Position numbers and translations under genes: made by a program. Under the pieces are notes generated by a model, which was not told the DNA's origin, made no database searches, and saw only the letters and a list, made by a program, of their open reading frames with translations. A stretch of 64,000 nt of DNA, from the IMG/VR virus record IMGVR_UViG_3300023257_000007, positions 1-64,000 of that record. One strand, given 5' to 3'. Shown here piece by piece: positions 20,454 through 29,641 of this stretch (position 1 is the stretch's first letter; every line of letters starts with the position of its first letter).

Positions 20454-21257
20454 TTAATAACCTTCTCCAGTTGTTTCTAAACCATTTAATGTATCAACTG
20501 ATTGCCATCCCATTCCAAATCTATCAACATACTGACCAAACGTTGTTATATCATTCATATCTCTTACTCCACCAGATGCTTTAATCTTCATATTTTTAGA
20601 TAGTAAGTTGGGATTATCTTGAATAACATCATGCATAATTTTAACTTTATTAATCTCTGCACCAACTGGCACTTTACCAGTGGATGTTTTAATAAAGTCT
20701 GCGCCAGCTTCTAAACAAGCCAAAGTTGCAACTATTGTTTGTTTTTCAGTCAATAAACCTGATTCAACAATAACTTTAAGTGTAATTGGTTCCCCATCTT
20801 TATTATCATTTTCATGACAAATATCAACCAATGATTCAATTTCTTCAACTAATATGTCAAATTTTTCCATTGGTAAATCACCATCATTATCAGTATCTAC
20901 CCACTCTTTTTTAAGAAATTTATAATTTATAACCATATCAACTTCATCAGCACCATCTTTAATTGTCTCTTTTGTTTCTGATTCTTTGTGTTCTAATGTA
21001 TAAACTCCTTCTGGAAAAGAAATTACAGTACATACTAAAACATCTGAATCAGCTAAAATTTCAGCTGCAATAGAAACATGTTTTGGCATAACACAAACAG
21101 ATTTAACACCAAAATCTTGTGCTTTTTCACATAATTCAATAATATCTTCATCAGAAGCATCATTATCAAGTAATGTATAATCTATCATCGGATTATATTT
21201 ATCCATGTTATTAACATTTTCATTAATTGAGTTGATAAATTTTTTGTAGTTTTTCAT
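20454..21257 (-). CDS. deoC: Deoxyribose-phosphate aldolase
   Basis: IDYTLL, CTVISFPEG, GADEVDMV, LKVIVESG, FIKTSTG, IKASGGVR. Confidence 0.95.
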   Translation of the reverse strand: MKNYKKFINSINENVNNMDKYNPMIDYTLLDNDASDEDIIELCEKAQDFGVKSVCVMPKHVSIAAEILADSDVLVCTVISFPEGVYTLEHKESETKETIKDGADEVDMVINYKFLKKEWVDTDNDGDLPMEKFDILVEEIESLVDICHENDNKDGEPITLKVIVESGLLTEKQTIVATLACLEAGADFIKTSTGKVPVGAEINKVKIMHDVIQDNPNLLSKNMKIKASGGVRDMNDITTFGQYVDRFGMGWQSVDTLNGLETTGEGY

Positions 21258-21272
21258 TATATATTTTATTTT

Positions 21273-21716
21273 TTATATTAATCCTATACTTTTTGCATTT
21301 TTGTTTGCATCTTCACCAAGTTCTTTATGCATTTCTATATCTTTAAGAAGATCATCATTTGATTTTGGTATTCTACTTTTTTTAACTTGATCAACACATA
21401 TATTATATATCTTTTTAACTTTCTGTCTTGACACATTTAAATCTCTATTATTATATTTAAAAGATACGTCCCATGTTCTATTTTGCCATCTTTCATAATG
21501 CATAACAACTCTCATACCAAAGACATTAAAATAATAAGTTCCATATCCTACAATTTCTTCTTCAGTATACGGTTCTTTATAATTAAAATCACAATGATCT
21601 ATTTTAAAAGTACCACCGTTAAATTGTTTTTTAATTTCTTGATATATTTCATCAAGTATAACATCATCATTTACTAGTGGTTTACCAAAACCTTCATATG
21701 TCTTTAAATATCTCAT
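21273..21716 (-). CDS. Hypothetical protein, CTS-like N-terminus
   Basis: MRYLKTYEGF...KSIGLI. Confidence 0.7.
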   Translation of the reverse strand: MRYLKTYEGFGKPLVNDDVILDEIYQEIKKQFNGGTFKIDHCDFNYKEPYTEEEIVGYGTYYFNVFGMRVVMHYERWQNRTWDVSFKYNNRDLNVSRQKVKKIYNICVDQVKKSRIPKSNDDLLKDIEMHKELGEDANKNAKSIGLI

Positions 21717-21964
21717 ATATATGTTATTATTGCACTTATTATATCTTTATTTATATATTTCTTAACTTCGTATTTTTTCCTATATTTTATTATATCCTTC
21801 ATCAAATAATCAATTGCTGACTCACATCTAAAAAATATTTCAACATAATATCTATCATGCCAATATTTTAATTCATATAAATCATTAGTAAATCCAACAT
21901 CATATAAATAATTCTCAATCTCCCATTTTAATGAAGTAGAATCTATATATATCGTTGTTTCCAT
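21713..21964 (-). CDS. Hypothetical protein
   Basis: Tightly packed ORF in the operon. Confidence 0.55.
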   Translation of the reverse strand: METTIYIDSTSLKWEIENYLYDVGFTNDLYELKYWHDRYYVEIFFRCESAIDYLMKDIIKYRKKYEVKKYINKDIISAIITYI

Positions 21965-21965
21965 A

Positions 21966-22883
21966 TTATTGATTTTGTTTCTTTATTGCATCCAACAATA
22001 TTCTTAAATTTTCATCACCAACAACCAATTTTGTGATAGAACCCATTAACCATGGAGATATATCTTGTACTCTTTTTTCTCCTTGATTAAATTCTTCAGA
22101 TTGAATCCACATAAATGTATTTATTTGTCTCATTGGTGTCATTTGCAATTCACCTTGTGTTCCTGAACCAGCAACATTATCAAATTTAACTAAATTAGTA
22201 TCACAAATATTTAATACTCTTAAATCATATGCAACAACTTTTCTATTAAAAAAATCACCAAGTTTTTGAAAATCTTCTGATATAGTCATATCATCCATTT
22301 GACCTGTTTTCCACATTGTATAAAGTCTTTGATATTCTTCATCATCTCGAATAACTTCATTTCTTAAAGGATTTAAAATTAGAGGATTTTTATAATCAGA
22401 TTCATTCAACTTACCAGTAATACTCAAATTAATTAAATCAGGACTGTAAATAATATGAGGATTTTCACCATTAACATCATAATGTCCTTCTGACGTTCCA
22501 CCAAAATATTTTTCTACATATGATCTCCAATCATCTTTTCCAACAGGAGCTTTATCAATACCACCACCTAAATATAGTTTAGTAACTGGTTTAAAACAAT
22601 CACTCAAATCTGATATATCTATCATATTAAGAACTTTTAATTTCTTTGTTAATTCTCTTTCATTTCTATTAATTAACCATTTCCATGCTCTTCTAGATAA
22701 ATAATCATTAAATTGATTCCATAATCCAGAAAATAGAGATTCATTAACAGATTCATCAACTGATTGTAATATTATATTTTTAAGTTCTTTGATTTTATTT
22801 ATAGGTAATCCTGCACTTAGAATATCATACATATATATCTCACCCTGATTAGATTCATTAATAAATTCACCATATTTTTTCAT
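21966..22883 (-). CDS. Nucleoside 2-deoxyribosyltransferase/nucleotide N-glycosidase-like protein
   Basis: LYLGGGID...DWR...LILNP...CD...GSGTQGE; paralog of 19500. Confidence 0.55.
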   Translation of the reverse strand: MKKYGEFINESNQGEIYMYDILSAGLPINKIKELKNIILQSVDESVNESLFSGLWNQFNDYLSRRAWKWLINRNERELTKKLKVLNMIDISDLSDCFKPVTKLYLGGGIDKAPVGKDDWRSYVEKYFGGTSEGHYDVNGENPHIIYSPDLINLSITGKLNESDYKNPLILNPLRNEVIRDDEEYQRLYTMWKTGQMDDMTISEDFQKLGDFFNRKVVAYDLRVLNICDTNLVKFDNVAGSGTQGELQMTPMRQINTFMWIQSEEFNQGEKRVQDISPWLMGSITKLVVGDENLRILLDAIKKQNQ

Positions 22884-22940
22884 TCTAAGTTGATAATTTT
22901 ATCTTATATATTAAATATATAAAATAAAAAATTATCCTCA

Positions 22941-23486
22941 ATGATAACTAATTTTAAAAATTTCATAATTGAAAATAATTTACCAAAAGGTACATGGGTT
23001 AAAGCCACTGAAGATGAACTTGACGAATATAATGATGAAATTCTAGATATGATTAATAAAACATACAATTACTTAGGAGGATATCCAGGAATTGATACAC
23101 CAGATGATATTAACTTCAATAAAGCAGATGAATGGGAAATTATAGATTTAACTGGTGATGATGAACCAGATGCGGTCTCAGCTGATAAAATAAAACTACA
23201 TGGTAAAAAATATACACTCGGAGCCAATGATGGTGAAAAACAATCAAAGATAGAATATATACAAATGATGATTGATAGGTTACATAAACCTGGCAATTAT
23301 GTAGAATGTTCATATAAACTAGCCAATTTCTTAATAAAAAATAATGCACCTATTGTAACAGACAAAAAAAATATAGAAAAAATATTAAGCAAAGAAGTAA
23401 AAATGGTGAATAATGGTTGGTATGAAAGAGAAATAAATGGAAAACGTAAACTTAATATATTATTAGGTAAACCTCTTGTAAAATAA
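22941..23486 (+). CDS. Hypothetical protein, CTS-like N-terminus
   Basis: MITNFKNFIIE. Confidence 0.7.
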   Translation: MITNFKNFIIENNLPKGTWVKATEDELDEYNDEILDMINKTYNYLGGYPGIDTPDDINFNKADEWEIIDLTGDDEPDAVSADKIKLHGKKYTLGANDGEKQSKIEYIQMMIDRLHKPGNYVECSYKLANFLIKNNAPIVTDKKNIEKILSKEVKMVNNGWYEREINGKRKLNILLGKPLVK

Positions 23487-23556
23487 TTTGTTTTACTTGA
23501 AAATTTTTTGTACTTTTATTTATAAGAAAGTTTTAGATTTTAAAAATATTAAAGAA

Positions 23557-24084
23557 ATGGATTATTTGAAAACATATACAGAAAAACAAGAAGACAAACC
23601 AACCTATAAAATATATGTAGATTTAGATGGTGTGTTATGTGATTTTAATGGAAGATTTAAGAAAGATATAGATCAAATAGGACCAGAAAAATACATAAAA
23701 AAATATGGAGTAACTAAAATGTGGCAAGAAATCGAAAAACGTGGTATAGAACATTGGAGTAACATGGATTGGATGTCTGATGGTAAAAAATTATGGAAAT
23801 TTATTACAGAAAATTTTAACGATATAGAAATATTAACTGGTTCACCTTGGGGTAAAGCTGGTCAATATGCTCACAAAGGTAAAGATATTTGGTGTAAAAG
23901 AGAACTAGGTAATATTAAAGTCAATCATAAATCAAGTAAACAAAAATATAAATTTGCTTCTGAAAATCACATATTAATTGATGATATGAAAAGAAATACT
24001 GATATGTGGAAAGATGCTGATGGTATTGCAATAAATCATAAATCTACCAATAAAACAATTAAAATATTAAAAAAATATATTTAA
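23557..24084 (+). CDS. HAD-family 5'(3')-deoxyribonucleotidase-like protein
   Basis: IYVDLDGVLCDF, EILTGSP, ILIDD; ATG at 23557 (MDYLKTYTE). Confidence 0.8.
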   Translation: MDYLKTYTEKQEDKPTYKIYVDLDGVLCDFNGRFKKDIDQIGPEKYIKKYGVTKMWQEIEKRGIEHWSNMDWMSDGKKLWKFITENFNDIEILTGSPWGKAGQYAHKGKDIWCKRELGNIKVNHKSSKQKYKFASENHILIDDMKRNTDMWKDADGIAINHKSTNKTIKILKKYI

Positions 24085-24087
24085 TTG

Positions 24088-25284
24088 TTAAAACTTCTTC
24101 CATTTAATTTTATCCAAATAAAGTCGATCAAATTCATCTTTTGAAAAAAACTTATCTAACTTTAATTTCCCATATATATTTGGATTCTTGGCTTTTATTA
24201 CTAATTCATTCAAATCTGTTATATCATCAAATGTTTTCTTAGCTTTATATTTATCTGATTTCCCTTCAATTATTTTATCTATTAATTTATTCCATAAAAA
24301 CACACCATATCCTCTATTCAACATTTTCAAAGCTTTAGAAACACCTTTAGAGTCTCTATCATAAAAGAATTTTAAATCTAACCCCTCATCTGCCTCTGTT
24401 AAGAAATTTAACAAATCATTATCATTATTAGCTCCTACCAAACCTATAGAATTAGGATAGAATAGACTATCTAGAAAACCTTCAAATATAGTTACAGTAT
24501 TTTCAAAATTAACATTTAATATGTTATAAAAGTGAGATATTTTATTATAAGAAATAGCTTCAGATTCATCTAACATTTTACCTGGATTCATATAGTTATA
24601 CAACTCTTCAAATTCAACAATTTTATAAAATCTCTTATCAGCGTCTTTTTCTAAATTACGCAACTGAATACCTAACAATTTTTCATTATTTCTATTTAAC
24701 AAAATCATCACAGGACTTTTAAATACGACTTTACCATCTCTCATTTTACGGTATAGTCCTTGATAAATATGTTCGTGGTTGTGTATTTGTCTAGTATATT
24801 TCAAATATTGATATACGTGTGAATTAGTTTGTACGGGTTTAATATCTATTAACCAACTATTTTTACGATTATTCATATATTTAACCCATTCTTCAATATC
24901 AATAAGTTTATCTAATACTGTATAATTATATTCGGTTCGATTATACTTTGTACATTGATCAATATGTTTATAAATTTTAATCTTTTCATCCATATCAATT
25001 TCTATATTAAATAATTCACATAACTTTACAAAAGACATTCTTTCGTCGCAGTTGAAACAAATATATCTTAGACTATCTAGGTATAAATTTCCTCTTTTCT
25101 TACTAGCAACTTTTTCGCTATCTCCACAGATTGGACAAGCAAAATTAAGTCTACTGGGATTAGAATGATTTGGAAATCTCTTTATTTTTTGTTTTTGTGT
25201 TAATTTGTGTTCTTTGTCTAGAATGTCTTGTATTTTACTTTCAATACTTTCTAAATTAACACCAATATCTTTTTTTTCTGCCAT
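24088..25284 (-). CDS. DNA primase (T4 gp61-like)
   Basis: FACPICGDS zinc finger with CFNC; Toprim IFEGFLDSLF and FFYDRD. Confidence 0.85.
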   Translation of the reverse strand: MAEKKDIGVNLESIESKIQDILDKEHKLTQKQKIKRFPNHSNPSRLNFACPICGDSEKVASKKRGNLYLDSLRYICFNCDERMSFVKLCELFNIEIDMDEKIKIYKHIDQCTKYNRTEYNYTVLDKLIDIEEWVKYMNNRKNSWLIDIKPVQTNSHVYQYLKYTRQIHNHEHIYQGLYRKMRDGKVVFKSPVMILLNRNNEKLLGIQLRNLEKDADKRFYKIVEFEELYNYMNPGKMLDESEAISYNKISHFYNILNVNFENTVTIFEGFLDSLFYPNSIGLVGANNDNDLLNFLTEADEGLDLKFFYDRDSKGVSKALKMLNRGYGVFLWNKLIDKIIEGKSDKYKAKKTFDDITDLNELVIKAKNPNIYGKLKLDKFFSKDEFDRLYLDKIKWKKF

Positions 25285-25360
25285 AATAAATTTTAAAATT
25301 AAACTTTTTAGATCATTATATTTATAATGTATAAATAATGAAGTTTAAAAAATTAATATT

Positions 25361-25483
25361 ATGTTAAAAAGTCTAATCTATGGTGCTGCTATCGTGTCAA
25401 CAATTGTAACCATACTAATAATCAATAAAGTAGAGTCAAATTCATATAAAAAAGGTCTTGAAGATAAAAATGAAAAAAGATGA
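25361..25483 (+). CDS. Small membrane protein (40 aa, not in ORF track)
   Basis: MLKSLIYGAAIVSTIVTILIINK...; overlaps the start of the next ORF. Confidence 0.4.
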   Translation: MLKSLIYGAAIVSTIVTILIINKVESNSYKKGLEDKNEKR

Positions 25484-25712
25484 TATAAAAATAAAAATAT
25501 CAGAACTTAATAAAATATTTGAAAATGCTCAGAAAGAAATAGAATATATTAAAAGTATATGTATTCACGAAGATTATAAAATATCATTACATAACTTTGG
25601 ACAATTTGAAATTGTACAAAGAGTTTGTATATATTGTGGCAAATCACTCGGTGATCCAAATGATAAAGAATTAGATAATTGGAAAAAATATAATTTGGCA
25701 CAAAATTTGTAA
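25470..25712 (+). CDS. Hypothetical protein with Cys/His zinc motif
   Basis: CIH...CIYC. Confidence 0.55.
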   Translation: MKKDDIKIKISELNKIFENAQKEIEYIKSICIHEDYKISLHNFGQFEIVQRVCIYCGKSLGDPNDKELDNWKKYNLAQNL

Positions 25713-25730
25713 TATTAACTGTAAAAAGTT

Positions 25731-26060
25731 ATGAAATTCTTTTACCTAATATTACTATTTTTACTATCCCTCACAATTTCCGCACAAAAAATTTACAAAG
25801 TTGATTATAAATATGATGCAGATATAAAAGTATATGTTGCTGATTATAAATATGATGCAGATTTGATTGTTTATATCGTAGATTATAAATATGATGCAAA
25901 TAAAGATGGTTTATGGTATTTCGTAAATTATAAATATGATGCAGATAAGACAATTTATTTTGTAGATTATAAATACGATGCAAATTTAATAATTTACTTC
26001 TGTGATTATAAGTATGATGTAGGTTGGAAAAATAAATCTAAAATACATTTATTAAGATAA
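25731..26060 (+). CDS. Secreted repeat protein (DUF6150-like)
   Basis: Signal peptide followed by six YKYDA[D/N] repeats. Confidence 0.7.
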   Translation: MKFFYLILLFLLSLTISAQKIYKVDYKYDADIKVYVADYKYDADLIVYIVDYKYDANKDGLWYFVNYKYDADKTIYFVDYKYDANLIIYFCDYKYDVGWKNKSKIHLLR

Positions 26061-26072
26061 ATATATAATTTA

Positions 26073-26276
26073 ATGAAATGGGATAAATTTATTGATGATA
26101 CTTTCCAACTTAAAGAATGGGATTATATAGATCCTAAAATAATAAATTACATTAAAGATAATTTTTTGACACTTAATAAAGATAATGTTAAAAAGTTACA
26201 TCTTCCCAAAAAATTAACACACCATATTTCAATTAGATTAGAATATTTAGAAGAATTTTCTAATATTAGACCTTAA
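26073..26276 (+). CDS. Hypothetical protein
   Basis: ORF track; co-directional with neighbours. Confidence 0.5.
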   Translation: MKWDKFIDDTFQLKEWDYIDPKIINYIKDNFLTLNKDNVKKLHLPKKLTHHISIRLEYLEEFSNIRP

Positions 26277-26651
26277 TTAATATTCTCAAAGAATTCTTTA
26301 ACAGGTAATAATATATAACGTGTGCGCGCGCATGCGTATATAAAAAAATTTTTCAAAAGATTAAAATTTTTAAAAATTTTATTTCATTAATATTATCTTT
26401 AACGGTAATACTTATTTTCCTAAGAATAAAGAATTTTCAACTTATTGAATTTTTTAGTATAATTAGTATAATCTTTTAATTTTAGAAAAAAGTGACTTTT
26501 TAAGTCAAATATATAATTTTCACACTTTTATAAATTTTTAAAATTTTTAAACTTTTTAAAATTTTGAAAGTACAAGAAAATAGATTACGAAAAAATAATA
26601 TTTTTTTAAAGATTTTTCGAAATCAAAACGTTCTTTAAAATATTGTAAAAT

Positions 26652-27895
26652 ATAGTCTGTGCTTGGGCAGACGTTCATCTTCGGATGGAGCAGATAAAAC
26701 ATCGTAAGGTGTCGAAAGAGAGGAAGGTCACTTATTCTCGCCAATAGTCTTCGGATTATGGTCAATCTAAGCAAGTCTCATTTTTGTCTTGACCAACAAG
26801 ACAGCCTCAATAGAAAGGGGATAAGATGAAACAACGTGAGTAACGATCTTTGGTAAGAATAAGATGGCTCAATTGCCCGCAAGGGGAACAAAAGTTATCA
26901 AATATAGAATGGGGACATTCCAATATCGTTTAATCCACTCATTAAGTGTTCGTTGATAGATAAGAGATAGAATAGTAGTTCGAATGTGGAAAGTTAGAGC
27001 ATTATTCAGTTTCAAAGGTGTTGAAAGATGTCTTAACAAACGGCACAGTAAGTCCTCCGGGCTGAAACGCATACGAAGGGTCGTATTTTGTAAGGTGAAA
27101 CTTATGAATCGGTGGACAGGCACTTTGTGGTGATATCATTTTTTATTAGCTCACAATGGTAGAGCAGTAGTATTCTAACTAAAGGTAGATGGTTCAATTC
27201 CATCATAAAAAAAGCAAAGTCCCTGTCCGTCTGTTAAGTAAAGGTGCTTAAAACTTTACACTTCGGTGAATAAAGTGGATTCAAAGCTCGCAAGGTAGAG
27301 AATCTTTGATACAGTAGCCTCAACTTTTAACCCTAGCAGGTTATTAACGCCACGATAGTGGTGAGTGTACGCAAAATATCGAGTAACTTAATAGTACTAG
27401 TGATGTAACCACATAAAAAGTTACAGTACAGCTGGTGTACATAGTTGCCTTTCGAGGGATTATGTGGACAATTCAGGAACGAAGAATAGCAACTCTTTGA
27501 TAATCTGAAGAAAGCAAAACATATAATAAACTGTGTGTTTTACCAGTATGACAGTTTTTAGTCTCAAAATTGTTTCTCTATCAAGATAAAAACCTTGACG
27601 TGGTGATAGAGCTTTAAACTAATATTTATCAAATGTGAAAAAAGTAGTAGAAATTAAAAGACGCAACACGCAGCCCGTTCTCTGCGCTACTTCACAAAAA
27701 TGTGAACGATAAAAATCTTCACATTTAAATACACCAAGAATAACACCATCACTGTAGCCCTAAAGGAGTGATGTTGTCGCATAAAAACGATTAGTGTTAG
27801 TGTGTGTTTGAGAAGACGACGGGGGATTTCACAAAAGTAACATGAATCAAGTAGTGTGAAATAAGAAATTCCTCCAAGTTTTCTCGGAAAATTTT
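26652..27895 (+). ncRNA. Giant structured non-coding RNA (GOLLD/ROOL-like), ~1.25 kb; boundaries approximate
   Basis: No plus-strand ORF, GC clearly above flanks. UUCG hairpins at 26674, 26744, 27259, 27448; GNRA hairpins at 26699, 26876; embedded tRNA-like domain; abuts a tRNA array. Confidence 0.75.
27140..27212 (+). tRNA. tRNA-like domain embedded in the giant RNA (degenerate anticodon arm)
   Basis: TTTTTAT/ATAAAAA acceptor, GCTC/GAGC D-stem, GATGG-TTCAATT-CCATC T-arm, 6-nt anticodon loop. Confidence 0.65.
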
Positions 27896-27975
27896 TTTAT
27901 GCAAGAAATAATTTGTATATTGTCAAAAATAGAGAATAAATATTTAATATATAAAAAATAGTAAAAACAGAAACA

Positions 27976-28062
27976 ATGAATAATACTTTTAAACATAATA
28001 GTTCATCTTTTCATAAGTGGTTTAGCCGCTTCGGATCGGGAATGTTATGCCTTAAAAGTTAA
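27976..28062 (+). CDS. Leader peptide 1 (28 aa, Phe/His/Trp-rich)
   Basis: MNNTFKHNSSSFHKWFSRFGSGMLCLKS*, downstream of TAATATATA at 27945 and upstream of a terminator. Confidence 0.7.
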   Translation: MNNTFKHNSSSFHKWFSRFGSGMLCLKS

Positions 28063-28091
28063 GATTAAAAAATATTAATCAACAAAGGGAC

Positions 28092-28129
28092 AAACTCGAT
28101 TCTAACAAGATTCGGGTTTTTTGTTTTTT
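28092..28129 (+). terminator. Attenuator terminator upstream of tRNA-His/Trp/Phe
   Basis: AAACTCGATTCT / AGATTCGGGTTT stem plus U-tract. Confidence 0.78.
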
Positions 28130-28151
28130 ATAAACGTTCTTAAAAATATAT

Positions 28152-28227
28152 GGTGGTTATAGTGTTAGTGGTAGCACGGCAGGTTGTGGTTCTGTTAGGA
28201 TGGATTCAAATTCCATTAATCACCCCA
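28152..28227 (+). tRNA. tRNA-His(GUG)
   Basis: Cloverleaf; GCAGG-TTGTGGT-TCTGT; C73. Confidence 0.88.
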
Positions 28228-28237
28228 AATTTAACAC

Positions 28238-28308
28238 AGGTCTATAGTGTAACGGTAGCATAAGTGATTCCAAACCACTTGGTCCGGGTTCAAATCCTGG
28301 TAGGCCTG
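28238..28308 (+). tRNA. tRNA-Trp(CCA)
   Basis: Cloverleaf; loop TTCCAAA; T-loop TTCAAAT. Confidence 0.9.
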
Positions 28309-28377
28309 CGAGAAGTTTAAATATGGTTAAATGAAGGATGGTTAAAAGGTAGAAAAATGAAATATTAATACAAATTT

Positions 28378-28450
28378 GGAACCGTGGTGTAGGTGGTCTG
28401 CACGATACTCTGAAGAAGTATAGGTACCCGTTCAACTCGGGTCGGTTCCA
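28378..28450 (+). tRNA. tRNA-Phe(GAA)
   Basis: GGAACCG/CGGTTCC acceptor; ATACT-CTGAAGA-AGTAT. Confidence 0.88.
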
Positions 28451-28527
28451 CTTTAAACTTTTAAATTTTAATATATATTAATGTGAAGAAAGAACCAGTT
28501 TTAATGAAAAATAATAAAAATTAACAA

Positions 28528-29274
28528 ATGAAAAAATATACACAATTTAGTAAATCTTTAGAAAAAATCAATCAAAATATGGAATTATTTGAAAAAGCTA
28601 TCGATCAAAATCAAAAAGAAAAAATAGATAGATATATTAATGCAAACAATTACAAAAAAGTTCTATCAGAACTAAAACAAATTATTTTTAATTTAAAAAA
28701 AGAAATTAAAAATTCCAATTTTGATGATTTCATTTATAAACAGAACAATAAAGATATAGAAATAATATATAATCCGACTATTCGTGGTATTTTAACCTAT
28801 TTAGATGGTAAAAGAGTAGAATTTGAATATGGAAAAGAAGAGAATCAACAAAAAATCTTAAACACTATCTATATTGATGGTGAAAGAGACCCATTTTTAG
28901 ATATAACTATTCAACCACCATTTAATCAGATACATATTAATAATGGTTTGCCAGTTTTTATGAAAGGTCTAGGATTAGGTAAAAAAGTTTACAAAAAACT
29001 AATTAAAGATTTTGGTTATCTTTCTTCTTTTAAAGGAATAAAACCTTCTATTGAAAGTGATTTGGTTTGGGATACTTTAGCTGATGATAGAGAATTGTTC
29101 ACTTTTGTGAATGATAACAATATCATTTGTTTTTGGAATGAAGTAGATTATGATATTATAATTATTAAATTGAAAGAATTTTACAAAATAAAAGGACAAA
29201 AAATCTTTGATAACGATTTTAAAAAGTTATATAACTTAACTGATGAAAAAATAGAACAAATAATTAATATATAA
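28528..29274 (+). CDS. Hypothetical protein, possible GNAT-like fold, CTS-like N-terminus
   Basis: MKKYTQF start; KGLGLGKKVY resembles the acetyl-CoA loop. Confidence 0.45.
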   Translation: MKKYTQFSKSLEKINQNMELFEKAIDQNQKEKIDRYINANNYKKVLSELKQIIFNLKKEIKNSNFDDFIYKQNNKDIEIIYNPTIRGILTYLDGKRVEFEYGKEENQQKILNTIYIDGERDPFLDITIQPPFNQIHINNGLPVFMKGLGLGKKVYKKLIKDFGYLSSFKGIKPSIESDLVWDTLADDRELFTFVNDNNIICFWNEVDYDIIIIKLKEFYKIKGQKIFDNDFKKLYNLTDEKIEQIINI

Positions 29275-29292
29275 AGAAAATCAATTTTAAAC

Positions 29293-29541
29293 ATGAAAAT
29301 TAAAAGATATAATGAATCATTAATTGATAATGATAATAACACTAGAGAAGATTTCAATGAAGAAATTGATGATCTAATATCAGAATTAAAGATAAGATAT
29401 AATAATTTTAATAATTTAATTGATTCATACAAAATAATAGAAAAAAGTAAAACAGAAGAATGGGAAAAAGTTAGAAATGAACTAAGAGGCGCATTTGATG
29501 GTTTTAAAAATGAATTAATACAAAAAATTAAAAAATTTTAA
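29293..29541 (+). CDS. Hypothetical protein, CTS-like N-terminus
   Basis: MKIKRYNES. Confidence 0.7.
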   Translation: MKIKRYNESLIDNDNNTREDFNEEIDDLISELKIRYNNFNNLIDSYKIIEKSKTEEWEKVRNELRGAFDGFKNELIQKIKKF

Positions 29542-29544
29542 ATA

Positions 29545-29619
29545 ATGATTATAATTAACATAAATAGTAAATCGAAAAAGAATAGTCGTCTGAAAACGGC
29601 TCGGAATTGTATTACCTAA
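29545..29619 (+). CDS. Leader peptide 2 (24 aa, Ser/Lys control codons)
   Basis: MIIININSKSKKNSRLKTARNCIT*, overlapping alternative hairpins. Confidence 0.68.
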   Translation: MIIININSKSKKNSRLKTARNCIT

Positions 29620-29641
29620 ATTTTTAGGTACAAAGAATTAC

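Noticed and set aside
26345-26650. Replication origin in the AT-rich inverted-repeat tract
   Set aside because: No iterons or DnaA boxes identifiable, and skew cannot be computed here. It is equally explained as the promoter region of the giant RNA.
26556-27123. Minus-strand ORFs 26556-26774 and 26869-27123
   Set aside because: Atypical composition; antisense shadows of the structured RNA.
26652-27895. rRNA, tmRNA or self-splicing intron
   Set aside because: No recognisable rRNA universal motifs, no tmRNA-type termini, no interrupted flanking gene or intron-encoded ORF. Not formally excluded without cmsearch.
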